Origin: Chlorobiota bacterium
GTDB taxonomy: Bacteria; Bacteroidota; Ignavibacteria; Kapaibacteriales; NICIL-2
Assembly: GCA_044228685.1 (NCBI GenBank)
Contig: JBGAUL010000002.1
Span: forward strand, 206,218 to 270,217
DNA length: 64,000 nt
Reading direction: 5' to 3'
Shown here in pieces: positions 45,335-55,600 of this stretch. The number at the start of each line of letters is the position of its first letter. The first letter of the stretch is position 1. Both the position numbers and the translations under genes were made by a program. Under the pieces are notes generated by a model, which was given only the letters and a program-made list of their open reading frames with translations, was not told the origin of the DNA and did no database searches.

Positions 45335-45591
45335 ATTCTCGTATATTCACTTGTTCTGGTTTGACATACGGAAGCAGGGACTCGCTCTGAGTGCCTTTGA
45401 AAAGATTCTCTTCGAGAGAAGCCGTGATGCAGACCGGATGGCAGCGACAGCGCATGGACGTCCTTAGGACACAGTGGGAATGCGCTGAAGTGACAGTCTG
45501 ATGCGCAGCATCATAGAACGGTACCAAACTGTCCGAGGTTTTTCCGGACAGGCACAACACGACAGTCAAGTACAACAAATCAAAAGTACGT

Positions 45592-46149
45592 ATGAGAGTA
45601 CATCAACTTTTGGGAGTGCTCATTGCTATGTGTGGCATATCCCTAACGCTGAGTGCGCAAGGAGGCGAGGCAATCTTCAAAGCCACCTGTTCTCCTTGTC
45701 ACAGCATTGGTAAGGGCAAGCTTGTCGGACCCGATCTAAAGAATGTGTATGACCGACACAGCGAAGAGTGGCTGATGAAGTGGATCACATCATCGCAAGC
45801 CTTGGTAACTGCCGGTGACACATCCGCAGTGCGATTGTTCAAAGAGAACGACAACATGATCATGCCCGATGCCACGATTTCGGCAGATGAGATCAAGGAA
45901 GTCATTGCCTATTTCAAAACCCATCCGGGAGAAACCAAGACCATTGCACATGCGAAGACGGGGATGGGTGAGCATGGTCATTTGGTTGCTAATCCCGAGA
46001 CGCATGCAGACATTCAAGCAAAACAACACACCATGCTTGACGAATTGGGTTTTGGAGGATATCTCTCCGTCATGCTGGGCGGTTTAACTCTGGTAGTTAT
46101 TGGAGCAGTAATTCTCAAGAAGCGCAGTGATGCTGAGAGCGGCTTGTAA
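45592..46149 (+). CDS. Membrane-anchored mono-haem c-type cytochrome
   Basis: Signal ...LTLSA|QG, a single CxxCH (CSPCH), a distal Met candidate (NMIMPD) and a C-terminal TM helix (LSVMLGGLTLVVIGAVIL). First gene of the oxidase cluster. Confidence 0.75.
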   Translation: MRVHQLLGVLIAMCGISLTLSAQGGEAIFKATCSPCHSIGKGKLVGPDLKNVYDRHSEEWLMKWITSSQALVTAGDTSAVRLFKENDNMIMPDATISADEIKEVIAYFKTHPGETKTIAHAKTGMGEHGHLVANPETHADIQAKQHTMLDELGFGGYLSVMLGGLTLVVIGAVILKKRSDAESGL

Positions 46150-46206
46150 CTGCATCGAAATCTCCACTGCAATGAATATGTACAACACGCATTTATCTAT
46201 ATCACG

Positions 46207-46893
46207 ATGAGAATTTTTCCTGAAAACGTTAGCACCTATGGTCAAGGCATTGACCACTTGTTCTGGCTGATCCTCTTCTTTGTAGGAACGGCACTCGTCA
46301 TTTCATTTTTCATTTTGCTTTATCCTCTCTACAAACGTCATCACTCGCGTGTTGACAAAGCAGAGTACATCACCGGTGAGCAATCATCGCACTTCAAGTG
46401 GATTGTCATTCCGCTGCTTTTATTAGCCGGAAGCGACTTCGTGATTCTCTTTGCTGAGCACGATGTATGGGAGGGAATTGAGAATCTGCCGGAGCGTACT
46501 GACATGATGTGCACTGTCACCGGACGACAGTGGAACTGGGTTTTCACCTATCCCGGACCGGATGGAAAGATGGGAACGGAAGACGACGTCACCATCGACG
46601 AAATGAACTCCAGTCTGCACGTGCCGGTGAACAAGAACATCGTCTTTGAACTCAAAGCCAAAGACGTTCTTCACAGTTTCTTTGTCGTCAATACCCGTCT
46701 CAAACAAGACTGCATCCCAGGTCGCACCAACAAGCGTTGGATCAATTTTACCAAAACCGGTACCTACGACATCTCGTGCGCCGAGATCTGCGGCATAGCC
46801 CATTCCAAAATGCGAAACTTCATTGTGGTTGAGTCTGAAGAGGAATTCAACAAGTACATCAACGATCTCTATGCTCAGCACGCTGCTCACTAA
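46207..46893 (+). CDS. coxB: Cytochrome c oxidase subunit II (no fused cytochrome c domain)
   Basis: Two N-terminal TM helices and a CuA site (DVLHSFFV...CAEICGIAHSKM). Confidence 0.9.
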   Translation: MRIFPENVSTYGQGIDHLFWLILFFVGTALVISFFILLYPLYKRHHSRVDKAEYITGEQSSHFKWIVIPLLLLAGSDFVILFAEHDVWEGIENLPERTDMMCTVTGRQWNWVFTYPGPDGKMGTEDDVTIDEMNSSLHVPVNKNIVFELKAKDVLHSFFVVNTRLKQDCIPGRTNKRWINFTKTGTYDISCAEICGIAHSKMRNFIVVESEEEFNKYINDLYAQHAAH

Positions 46894-46908
46894 CTCCACA
46901 CTGAAACT

Positions 46909-48603
46909 ATGACACACTCAAATCATCAACTCAGCTTCGTACAGAAATACATCTTCTCGCAAGATCATAAAGTCATTGGGGCACAATACACACTCACCGG
47001 TCTGCTCATGGCCGTCATTGGTGGATTTCTAGCCTATGTATTTCGATATAATCTCGCGTTTCCGGGAGAGAACATTCCGCTTTTCGGACAGCTCGCAGCG
47101 AACCAATACAACACCTTCATAACCTGTCACGGTATGATCATGGTGTTTTGGGTTGCGATGCCCATTCTTCTCGCGGGCTTCGGAAACTTCTTGATTCCGG
47201 TCATGATTGGCACCGACGACATGGCCTTCCCCAAACTCAACATGCTTTCGTTTTGGTTCTTCTTGGCAAGTGCCATCATCCTCGTCGCATCCTTCTTTGT
47301 TCCCGGCGGAGCATTTGGCGGCGCATGGACGATGTACCCGCCACTCTCAGCGAACGCTTATACAAACACACATCCGCACTTCTTTCAAGCTCTGTTCTCC
47401 GGAGTTTCACTCATGATTCTCGCCGTCGCTGTGGAATTCACCGCGATGCTTATGGGTGGAATCAATTTTGTTGTGACGACGATCAACAAGAGAGCGCACG
47501 GAATGACGGCTTTCCGCATTCCTTTGGTTGTGTGGTTTCTCAATATCGCAACCGTGATTTTTATGTTTTCCGTTGGACCTTTGGTGGCAGGGGCATTCAT
47601 GCTGTTGTTTGACATCACCATTGGAACCGGTTTTTACGATCCTGCCCGCGGCGGTGATCCCATCCTTTTCCAACACCTCTTTTGGTTCTTTGGTCATCCC
47701 GAAGTGTACGTGCTCCTGCTTCCTTCGTTGGGTGTATTAGGTGAGATCATCCCCGTGTTTGCTCGCAAGCCACTCTTTGCCTATCGCAAGGTGATTTATC
47801 TGGCCTTGTTCTCAGCAGTCTTGTCAGTTGTTGTGTGGGCTCACCACCAATTCATTGCCGGCATTGATCCTCGCATGGCGACCTTCTTCAGTATCGGAAC
47901 AATCATCATCTCCATTCCCTTTGCCGGAATCTTTTTGTCGTTCATTGCAACGCTCTGGGGTGGCAAAATCAAGATCAGCCTACCAATGGCTTGGGCGCTG
48001 GGTTTTATTGGATTGTTTTTGATTGGCGGTATGACGGGATTGTTTCTTGGATCGAACGCATTTGACATCTATGCACACGATACCTATTTCGTGGTAGCAC
48101 ACTTCCACTACACGCTCTTCCCCGACATCTTCTTCGGCTTCTTTGCAGCCTTCTGTTATTGGTTCCCGAAGTTTAGCGGACGAGAGTTGAACAAGACGAT
48201 TGGCTACATCCATTTCTGGTTGACCTTTGTGTTCTTCAACATGACGTTCTTCTTGCTGTTTTTCAATGGACTGGGCGGACAGCATCGTCGTATCAACGAC
48301 TACTCCATGTTCAGTAACATCAACATCGAACCGTATATCACCTTCGAGAAGATTGCTACGACAGGTGCCATTCTGCTGATCTGTACACAGATACTCTTCA
48401 TCATCAACATTGTGATAAGCCTGCGAGCCGGCAAAAAAGCTGAGCGCAATCCGTGGCGCGCCAATACTCTTGAGTGGCTTGCCGAGTCACCACCGCCTCA
48501 TGGAAACTTTGCTAGTGTTCCGGAAGTTTTCCGCGGTGCTTATGAGTATAGCGTGCCGGATGCAGAGAGCGACTTCACACCACAATACGCTGAGATGGCT
48601 TAA
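46909..48603 (+). CDS. coxA: Cytochrome c oxidase subunit I
   Basis: 12-TM haem-copper oxidase core: GFGNFLIP, WFFGHPEVY, VWAHHQF, HDTYFVVAHFHY. Confidence 0.95.
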   Translation: MTHSNHQLSFVQKYIFSQDHKVIGAQYTLTGLLMAVIGGFLAYVFRYNLAFPGENIPLFGQLAANQYNTFITCHGMIMVFWVAMPILLAGFGNFLIPVMIGTDDMAFPKLNMLSFWFFLASAIILVASFFVPGGAFGGAWTMYPPLSANAYTNTHPHFFQALFSGVSLMILAVAVEFTAMLMGGINFVVTTINKRAHGMTAFRIPLVVWFLNIATVIFMFSVGPLVAGAFMLLFDITIGTGFYDPARGGDPILFQHLFWFFGHPEVYVLLLPSLGVLGEIIPVFARKPLFAYRKVIYLALFSAVLSVVVWAHHQFIAGIDPRMATFFSIGTIIISIPFAGIFLSFIATLWGGKIKISLPMAWALGFIGLFLIGGMTGLFLGSNAFDIYAHDTYFVVAHFHYTLFPDIFFGFFAAFCYWFPKFSGRELNKTIGYIHFWLTFVFFNMTFFLLFFNGLGGQHRRINDYSMFSNINIEPYITFEKIATTGAILLICTQILFIINIVISLRAGKKAERNPWRANTLEWLAESPPPHGNFASVPEVFRGAYEYSVPDAESDFTPQYAEMA

Positions 48604-48633
48604 ACAATTCAGACACTAACAGAACTCAACACT

Positions 48634-49239
48634 ATGCAACATCAACAATCACTGTCAATGCCTATTGAGCGAGTACCGCAGGGTCGTTTAGCACTCTGGG
48701 TTCTGATTGCAGGCGAGCTCATGATTTTCGGCGGACTTATTTGCTGCTATATCCTGTACCGACTTCGCTACCCGGAGTGGGCAGACCAAGCAGCTCATAC
48801 TTCAACCTTCTTTGGTGCTCTGAACACCGCAGTGCTGCTCACCAGTAGCTTCACTGTTGTGAAAGCTCACGAAGCTGCCAACAAACACGACTTGTCAAAA
48901 GTCACCTTGTGGCTGAGCATGTCCATACTCGGCGGCGTGTGGTTCCTCGTCAACAAGAGCATTGAATACTACCACGAAATCAGCGAAGGATTCACCTTTG
49001 CAAGTCCGGGACTACATGAGTCAGGAGACAGCATCGGATCGTTGTTTTGGTCGTTTTACTATCTCATGACCGGACTCCACGGAGCGCACGTCATTGCCGG
49101 CATGGTCGTCATGTTCTTGGCACTTCTTCAAGCACGCAAGGGCAAGAACCTGCATCGCGTCGAGCTTGCCGGTATGTACTGGCACATGGTCGACTTGATC
49201 TGGATCTTCCTCTTTCCCTTGCTGTATATCGCCAAGTAA
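48634..49239 (+). CDS. coxC: Cytochrome c oxidase subunit III
   Basis: 201 aa, 5 TM. FWSFYYLMTGLHGAHVIAGM and YWHMVDLIWIFLFPLLY are typical of subunit III. Confidence 0.85.
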   Translation: MQHQQSLSMPIERVPQGRLALWVLIAGELMIFGGLICCYILYRLRYPEWADQAAHTSTFFGALNTAVLLTSSFTVVKAHEAANKHDLSKVTLWLSMSILGGVWFLVNKSIEYYHEISEGFTFASPGLHESGDSIGSLFWSFYYLMTGLHGAHVIAGMVVMFLALLQARKGKNLHRVELAGMYWHMVDLIWIFLFPLLYIAK

Positions 49240-49277
49240 TTCTCTTCACTCGAATATCAATCTGAAACATCACAACC

Positions 49278-49613
49278 ATGGAAACTCACTCAACTACAGG
49301 CCTACGTTTTCCGGATCCAGATCACGATTATCATGGTCATCCTAACTACGCAAAAGTTCTCATTACCCTGTTTGTTCTCTTCGGTATCAGTCTGGTCGTG
49401 GGATACCTCGTTTCGCCAATCTACGCCGTCATACTCATCTTCGTCACAGCCGCATGGAAAGCCTCGCTCGTCGTGCGCAACTTCATGCACCTTCGCTTTG
49501 AACCATTGCTGATTTGGATTGCCGTCGCTGCCGTGTTCTTCTGTTTAATCGCCTTCTTCTTTGGCATCTACCCGGATATCACCGCAAGCAGACTTGATGT
49601 TGTTCCACGTTAA
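49278..49613 (+). CDS. Small oxidase subunit IV-like membrane protein
   Basis: 111 aa, three TM helices, with N-terminal HGHPNYAKVLITLFVLFGISL resembling prokaryotic CoxIV-family proteins. Supported by its position after subunit III. Confidence 0.5.
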   Translation: METHSTTGLRFPDPDHDYHGHPNYAKVLITLFVLFGISLVVGYLVSPIYAVILIFVTAAWKASLVVRNFMHLRFEPLLIWIAVAAVFFCLIAFFFGIYPDITASRLDVVPR

Positions 49614-49626
49614 TTGAATTCAAGCA

Positions 49627-50214
49627 ATGCAACCAACAGCTGAACTAAGCTTTCCTCGCACTCGCTCCTCGATTTCCAGTGGTGTGTTGGGAATGATTTT
49701 CTTGCTCACCACTGAGTGTATGCTCTTTGCAGGTTTCATAAGCGCGTACATCGTTAATCGCGCTTCAATACCGGCATGGCAACCTGCTGACCAACCCCGA
49801 CTCCCGGTTGAAATGACGGCAGTCAATACAATCATCTTAATTCTCAGCGGAATACTCGTGTTGCGTGCACAGCGAAAGACAGATTCGTCGCTTGCGTCAA
49901 TGCGACGTTACCTTCAACTCGGATTGGTCTTCGGCAGCACGTTCTTAGCTGTGCAAGGCTATGAATGGATGCGACTGCTCGCATTTGGTCTTAACTCAAA
50001 CACAAGTTTATACGGTGCCTTTTTCTACCTGATCATTGGTGCTCACGCTCTTCACGTCGTTGCAGGCTTGATTGTTCTTGGATGGCTCTTGCGTGTGCTC
50101 AAATCTCAACGTAGCGAGACGGACAAGGTATCCGTCGTTGGTGTTGGTAGTCTCTACTGGTACTTCGTCGTAGCCGTATGGCCCATCTTGTATTTCCTCG
50201 TATATCTAAGCTGA
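49627..50214 (+). CDS. Second haem-copper oxidase subunit III-family protein
   Basis: 195 aa. FFYLIIGAHALHVVAGLIVL and LYWYFVVAVWPILYFLVY are subunit-III signatures, clearly diverged from the 48634 paralogue. Confidence 0.7.
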   Translation: MQPTAELSFPRTRSSISSGVLGMIFLLTTECMLFAGFISAYIVNRASIPAWQPADQPRLPVEMTAVNTIILILSGILVLRAQRKTDSSLASMRRYLQLGLVFGSTFLAVQGYEWMRLLAFGLNSNTSLYGAFFYLIIGAHALHVVAGLIVLGWLLRVLKSQRSETDKVSVVGVGSLYWYFVVAVWPILYFLVYLS

Positions 50215-50215
50215 T

Positions 50216-50464
50216 ATGAAATCTCTCGCACGGCTGTTGACGGTATTTGTTGTAGTGTGTTATGGTATTAGCATGACGGCTTGTCCGCTCTGTCAGGGCG
50301 GACAAGGTCTGTCTGAAAACACAATCTCCGCATACAAAGGCATAACCCTGCTCCTGGCACTCATGCCGCTTGTTGGAAGCGCATCAATCTTCTACTGGAT
50401 TCATCGTCGCCAACGCGCTGCCGCACGTCTACAGAAAGAAGAATTGCAGGGCTCGATCTTCTAA
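50216..50464 (+). CDS. 82-aa two-TM miniprotein with a CPLC motif, translationally coupled to the oxidase operon
   Basis: The ATG lies 1 nt after the preceding stop. The hydrophobic segments LLTVFVVVCYGISMTA and ITLLLALMPLVGSASIFYWI flank CPLCQGG. Followed by the operon terminator. Confidence 0.4.
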   Translation: MKSLARLLTVFVVVCYGISMTACPLCQGGQGLSENTISAYKGITLLLALMPLVGSASIFYWIHRRQRAAARLQKEELQGSIF

Positions 50465-50529
50465 AGAAACTCGGCGCAAGCAGCGTCGAACGTTGATGAG
50501 ATTAGCCCCCACTTTGCTAGCCCAACAAC

Positions 50530-50555
50530 AACGTTCATCACATGAGCGTTTTTTT
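50530..50555 (+). terminator. Rho-independent terminator of the oxidase operon
   Basis: AACGTTCAT (50530-50538), loop CAC, ATGAGCGTT (50542-50550), then T5. The 9-bp stem has one G.T pair. Confidence 0.6.
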
Positions 50556-50895
50556 CAGGTCCTGAGCTTTCTTTAGTTGTTATTTTGAGAGAGCAGCATC
50601 TATCTCTGTTTGCACTGATTGCAGCGTCTGAACTGAGTCACTCACTCTGTCTCAGAATACACCGTCCGCGGCGTCCTGCTTCCATAGCACACAGCATTCA
50701 TCTTTTATTAGCGTCCTCAGATGTCCTTCAAAAAGGGCCTGAGTTTGTCGCAAATGGGTACTTGCCGAGTATTCCTTGATTTGTGCAGCATGAGCTCGTG
50801 CTTTGGCACTATATCTGCGGCATTCTCAACTCTGGTTGAGATTTGGAATAGGCGTATTAGGTGATGAGTTGCTGGCACTGTGATACTTAGGCGAA

Positions 50896-52590
50896 ATGGC
50901 AATGCGACGTACGAGCGTAGTAAAAAGAACACTACACTGTTTTCTTTCTTCAGTTCGGCTGCTCAGGCTTTGCCTATGCATGACCTTCCTTTTGTCCGCA
51001 TCGACCCTTCTTGCCGATGATTCATGGATTCGCGCCTCCGGATCTCTCGGTCTTTCCTCAGACTACTACGACCAAAACGGCTTAGATCAATCTCGTCTTC
51101 CAAGCTTCGTTCATCGTGCGAGTTTTCGTACGACTATTACCCTGTTCAATCAAATTGACTTGCCTTTTGAAGCCTACGTGACTTCCAACAGCATGGGATA
51201 TCGTCAGCCCTTCAATCAATTTGGCGTGAATCCTCGCATTGGCTCGTGGCTCACTCTGCATGCAGGATATTTCTCAACCAGGTTCAGCGACTTGACCTTT
51301 GGCGATGCACGTATCCTTGGTGGTGGCTTTGATCTGACGCCGGGCAATGTCCGTATCTCAGCTTTCTACGGTTTGACTCGAGAAGCACGAAATCCGGATC
51401 CTGTCTATTTCTATACCGGCGAATACGAACGTCGTTGTCTTGGCGTGAAGCTCGGCTATGGTTCCAACGACGGCATCAACTTTGGAATCTCGGTCATGCA
51501 TGCTCAGGATGAAATCGGATCAATTCGCGCCGATAGCACAACACAAAAACCACAAGAGAACCTCGCAACCTCAATGCAATTCAGTGTTGCTGCTTTCGAT
51601 AACTTTCTTCGCATCAACACAGAGGGTGCGATAAGCGTGTTCACAAGCGATCGCACGGCTCCGCTAACTGATAGCACCAATCGCATCCTGGTCGCCGAAC
51701 AAGCAGTCGGTTCAAACATCAGTACCAGTATCGATGGAGCATTCAAAGCCGGTTTGCAAATCACACCTTCGCAGCGCTGGAATGTTCGATTTGATGCGCA
51801 ATGGATCGGACCAGGCTTTGTAACACTCGGTTATGTTCAGATGCCGAATGATGTTCTTGATTTAAGCGTTGCGCCTTCTGCACGACTCTTCGACAATGCG
51901 CTGTTCATTCGACTGAGTTATGGCAAACGCACCAACAACTTGCGCAACACACTCTTCGCTCCAACGACCCGCACAATTGGATCACTTAATCTCAGCGCGA
52001 ATTTCAATGAGCACTTAGGCATGGACCTCATGTATTCGAACTACGGCATGAAGTCAACTCACGTCAATGACACACTCAAAGTCTCGAATATCTCGCAGAT
52101 GTACATGATCTCTCCTCGCGCCTCTTTTGATTGGCTCGGTGGAGTAAATACCGCTAGCATGACGATTATGTATCAAAACAGTGATGATGCAAATCAGTAC
52201 AGTGCAGCGTCGGTAAACAACACCTCTTCATCGGTGTCAGTTGTGCACTCGATTTCGCTGCCCTCGAAACTCTCGTTGACGACCACGGCATTCTACAACG
52301 CCTTCTCAACAGCGGCGATTCAAACGAAGATTACGACAGTTAATGAGACCGCGAGTTATTCTCTGCACGACAACATGATCATGCTGAGTGCTACTCTGGG
52401 TTTCAACATTGTTCACTCTACATCAAATTCAACACAGTTGATGGCGCGAATATCCTCAACACTCAATCTGGAGAAGTGGGGATCATTCACATTGTCGCTC
52501 ATGAATAACAGCTACGATTACAACACGGTTAGCGGCATACCGAGCTACCGTGAATTACAAGCAAGTCTGCAGTACTCGATCTCCTTCTGA
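50896..52590 (+). CDS. Predicted outer-membrane beta-barrel protein, family unknown (first gene of the orphan envelope operon)
   Basis: 564 aa with an N-terminal signal-like segment ending ...STLLA|DD. The sequence is dominated by short alternating hydrophobic/polar stretches with frequent Gly/Tyr/Asn/Ser. The C-terminus (ELQASLQYSISF) ends in Phe, like an OMP beta-signal. No POTRA, TonB-box or OmpA motifs seen. Confidence 0.5.
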   Translation: MAMRRTSVVKRTLHCFLSSVRLLRLCLCMTFLLSASTLLADDSWIRASGSLGLSSDYYDQNGLDQSRLPSFVHRASFRTTITLFNQIDLPFEAYVTSNSMGYRQPFNQFGVNPRIGSWLTLHAGYFSTRFSDLTFGDARILGGGFDLTPGNVRISAFYGLTREARNPDPVYFYTGEYERRCLGVKLGYGSNDGINFGISVMHAQDEIGSIRADSTTQKPQENLATSMQFSVAAFDNFLRINTEGAISVFTSDRTAPLTDSTNRILVAEQAVGSNISTSIDGAFKAGLQITPSQRWNVRFDAQWIGPGFVTLGYVQMPNDVLDLSVAPSARLFDNALFIRLSYGKRTNNLRNTLFAPTTRTIGSLNLSANFNEHLGMDLMYSNYGMKSTHVNDTLKVSNISQMYMISPRASFDWLGGVNTASMTIMYQNSDDANQYSAASVNNTSSSVSVVHSISLPSKLSLTTTAFYNAFSTAAIQTKITTVNETASYSLHDNMIMLSATLGFNIVHSTSNSTQLMARISSTLNLEKWGSFTLSLMNNSYDYNTVSGIPSYRELQASLQYSISF

Positions 52591-52619
52591 TTTGATACAA
52601 CGTCCTTTGGGCTTAGACC

Positions 52620-55600
52620 ATGAAAAAACTCAATAGCCTTTTCCTCCTGCTTCTGCTCAGCATTTTCAGTAACACTGCAATGCATGCTCAAGATGCTGTG
52701 GTCAACGTTAGTGTGCGTCGACCGGTGCCGTTGTCTCTTTCGACATGGCGCACAGATCCATCTGTTGTTACTGTCAGCGTCACCGCTACGCGTGATCTGA
52801 ACAATTTTGTGATTGGCTTTGAGATTCTCAATACCACCACCGGACAGTCCGCCCACACCGATAATGCGCACGCGTGTATGCCGGTGTTTAGCATCCGTCG
52901 CGGAGAAACCCGCGTGATCAATGGTCCGCAGCTTATCTGCAACAACGCCATCAACGCCGATCCCGATCTGCAACGCAGCGTTGCCTCAGCAGGAGCGATT
53001 CCCGAAGGTGATTACAGTTATTGCGTGCATTTGATTGAGAGCGATCGTCGTACGGAAATCAGCACAACCGGACGTCTCTGCGATTACTTCACCATCGTCT
53101 GGCCTAATCCTCCGGTTCTCATCTATCCCGTCAACATCTTCGACCTCAACGTCAACACGGCACAAACCTTTACCTGGCAACCGGCTCTTCCTCTTGCACC
53201 GGGCACGAGTGCGCAGTATAGAATTCGGGTAGTGGGCGTTGTCGACGGACAAGAAGCTCGCACCGCTCTTGATGCCGCAACTGCAAGCGAAACGGTCTTG
53301 GATGAATTCGTCCCTACTACATCAAAAGTCTTTACGCCAAACTTTGCTCCATTCGTTGATCTCATCGGACGCAGCGTCCCACGCTTCACTCGATTCGCGT
53401 GGCAGATTCAAGTTGTAGATCAATATCGCATGCCCATCGCCACTCGTGGCGGCACACAAGGCAAGAGTGAGATTGGTTTGTTTGATTTTACGCGCAGCAG
53501 CTCCGGCGGTGGTGGTGGATCAACGGCGGGCGCATCGTGTGTGAATCCAATGACCTTGACGGCGTACTTTCCGGCTGCGACGGATACTATTCCGTGGTTG
53601 CCGCCACATCTCATTGTGCAATGGGGACCGTGGTGCAGCGAAGTCCGCAACATGCAATACACCTTGCATGTTCGTGAACGCGGTGGATCAGCGTTAACAG
53701 ATAACAGTCGTGATTTGAATTGGCGAAGCGGCATACTATCGGCACAAGGACTGAGCGCCGGACAAGAAGATCGCGCTCGACTGATCATAACCAATTGGCG
53801 CACAGAATCAGGATCAGTTGCACCGCTCAACGCAAGTCTTCGTCGAGGTCCTGCTTATGATTGGAACGTCGACGCACAATTCGTTCGCAGCGAGAACGGA
53901 GCTGAGCAGACGCGCACGGCAAATACGTCGACGCAGAGTTTTTCCATCGGACTCAAGATGCCCGTCAATCCTGAGCCGGCGAACAACGCCACTGTCGATG
54001 ATGGATCAAACCTCAGTTTGCTCTACGACATTCCGGCTCCTGCGCAGAGCATGTACACGCCGAATGATTTGATGAATGTTATGGGACGCGGCAGTGCATC
54101 CATGGACTTCGGAATTGCCTACGAAGTTGTTCGCGTAAAGGTCTCGAGAAATAGAGATATGTCATCGGCTATTGCCTCACAGACGACCGTATCTCCGCGC
54201 TACAACATTGTCACCGGAGATAATCCGGCTGACCTCTTTGGTCGCAAGCGCATGGATCACCTCAATCTCAGTGCAGGCACCTACTACTGGCAAGTTGAGT
54301 ATTGTAATCCCGAAGACACTAATCGTATTTATCGACAGGGTCCGGTATGGCAGTTCAATATCGGCGGCAGTCCAATCGACCCGCGCGAGTGTTTTCGCAT
54401 TCAACCAGTTGCGCCGGAAAATCGAGCAACAATCAGTGGTGGACCACATGTGCGCTTCTCGATTTCGACCAATCCGCCGACGAATTTGAATGCAGTACGA
54501 GGAGGACGCTTACAAATCTGGGAGATGGCATCAGCAAGCGAAGATCCGGCGACGGTGAAGGGTCGTCCGGCACTTGTCGACGAACGCTTCTCCGGTCATG
54601 AAGCCGCTGCAATCGTCGCCTCAAGCGGCATTGGCAGCAGCAGCTCCCGCAGTTACTACAATCTTCCCTTTGTCAATGGCTCTGCTCCATATCGCTTCGA
54701 AGCGCATAACAACACGACTTATCTGTGGGTCTTCACCATGCAAGTGGATGGTGCAACGATTCGCAATGATGGTCAGCGATGCACATTATCCGAGATCAGT
54801 TCTTCAGACGGCATCTTCACTTATCGCGAAGGATGCTCTGATGCTTGTATTGCAGCGGCGCCGTCGAGCACGACGCCCTCATCTCGCACCTTTAACATTG
54901 GTGACGATATCCGCGTCGGACAATTCACTGCACATCTGACTCGCGTTAGCGGTACCGGCTCTTCACTCAGTGGTGCTGCGACGGTGAACATTCCGGTTTT
55001 CCGTGGAGGCGTCCAAGTTGAATTCAACAACATTCAGGTCAATGATGAGGCGCAGATGTTTGAGGGTGAGATGCGCGCTGTGCAAGCACCTTCATCGCCC
55101 ATCAATGCCAGTGTTGCCAACGATCTTGGTACTGCCTTAGGTCTAACGAGCTCGCAAGTAACATCGCTCCATGGCATAGCTTCTGATGCAACACGATTGG
55201 TCAGCAATCTTGCAATGGGCACGCCGGTTAATCTGCCGATTGGATTTGATAGGGTAATCGAAGGACAGCGCGTGGTGATTGGGATCATTGGAATGGTCTT
55301 CAAGCCACGCGAAGCACGACTCAATGCAGCGCTGTCATTTCCAATGCCTGCATTTGGTCCTGGCGAACGCATTGGCTTTGGCGCGCGCAACATCTGCTTC
55401 TACCCCGGAGGCTTTGGTCGCGATTTCGACATTGGTTTGGTCGATGATCTCGGCTACACCGCAAGCGACACCTCGTGGTCATTCCACTTCCTAGCTCCAC
55501 GCGAAGCAAGCGGATCTGTCCGTGCTGATTCCGGAACCTTCGCACGATTCGGTTGCAATGGTTTTGAATTCATTCGCGTGAAAGCTGAAGTCAATTTCCC

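Noticed and set aside
45333-45578. 81-aa minus-strand ORF in the oxidase leader region
   Set aside because: It has no recognisable motif, is Cys/His/Ser-rich, and lies in a region better explained as promoter/5' UTR of the oxidase operon.
50873-50887. Sigma-54-like TGGCAC upstream of the OMP gene
   Set aside because: TGGCAC is present, but the -12 position reads TACT instead of TTGC, and the element would place the TSS on top of the ATG at 50896. A similar TGGCGC...CTGC at about 30818-30832 has the wrong GG-GC spacing (9 nt rather than 10 nt).
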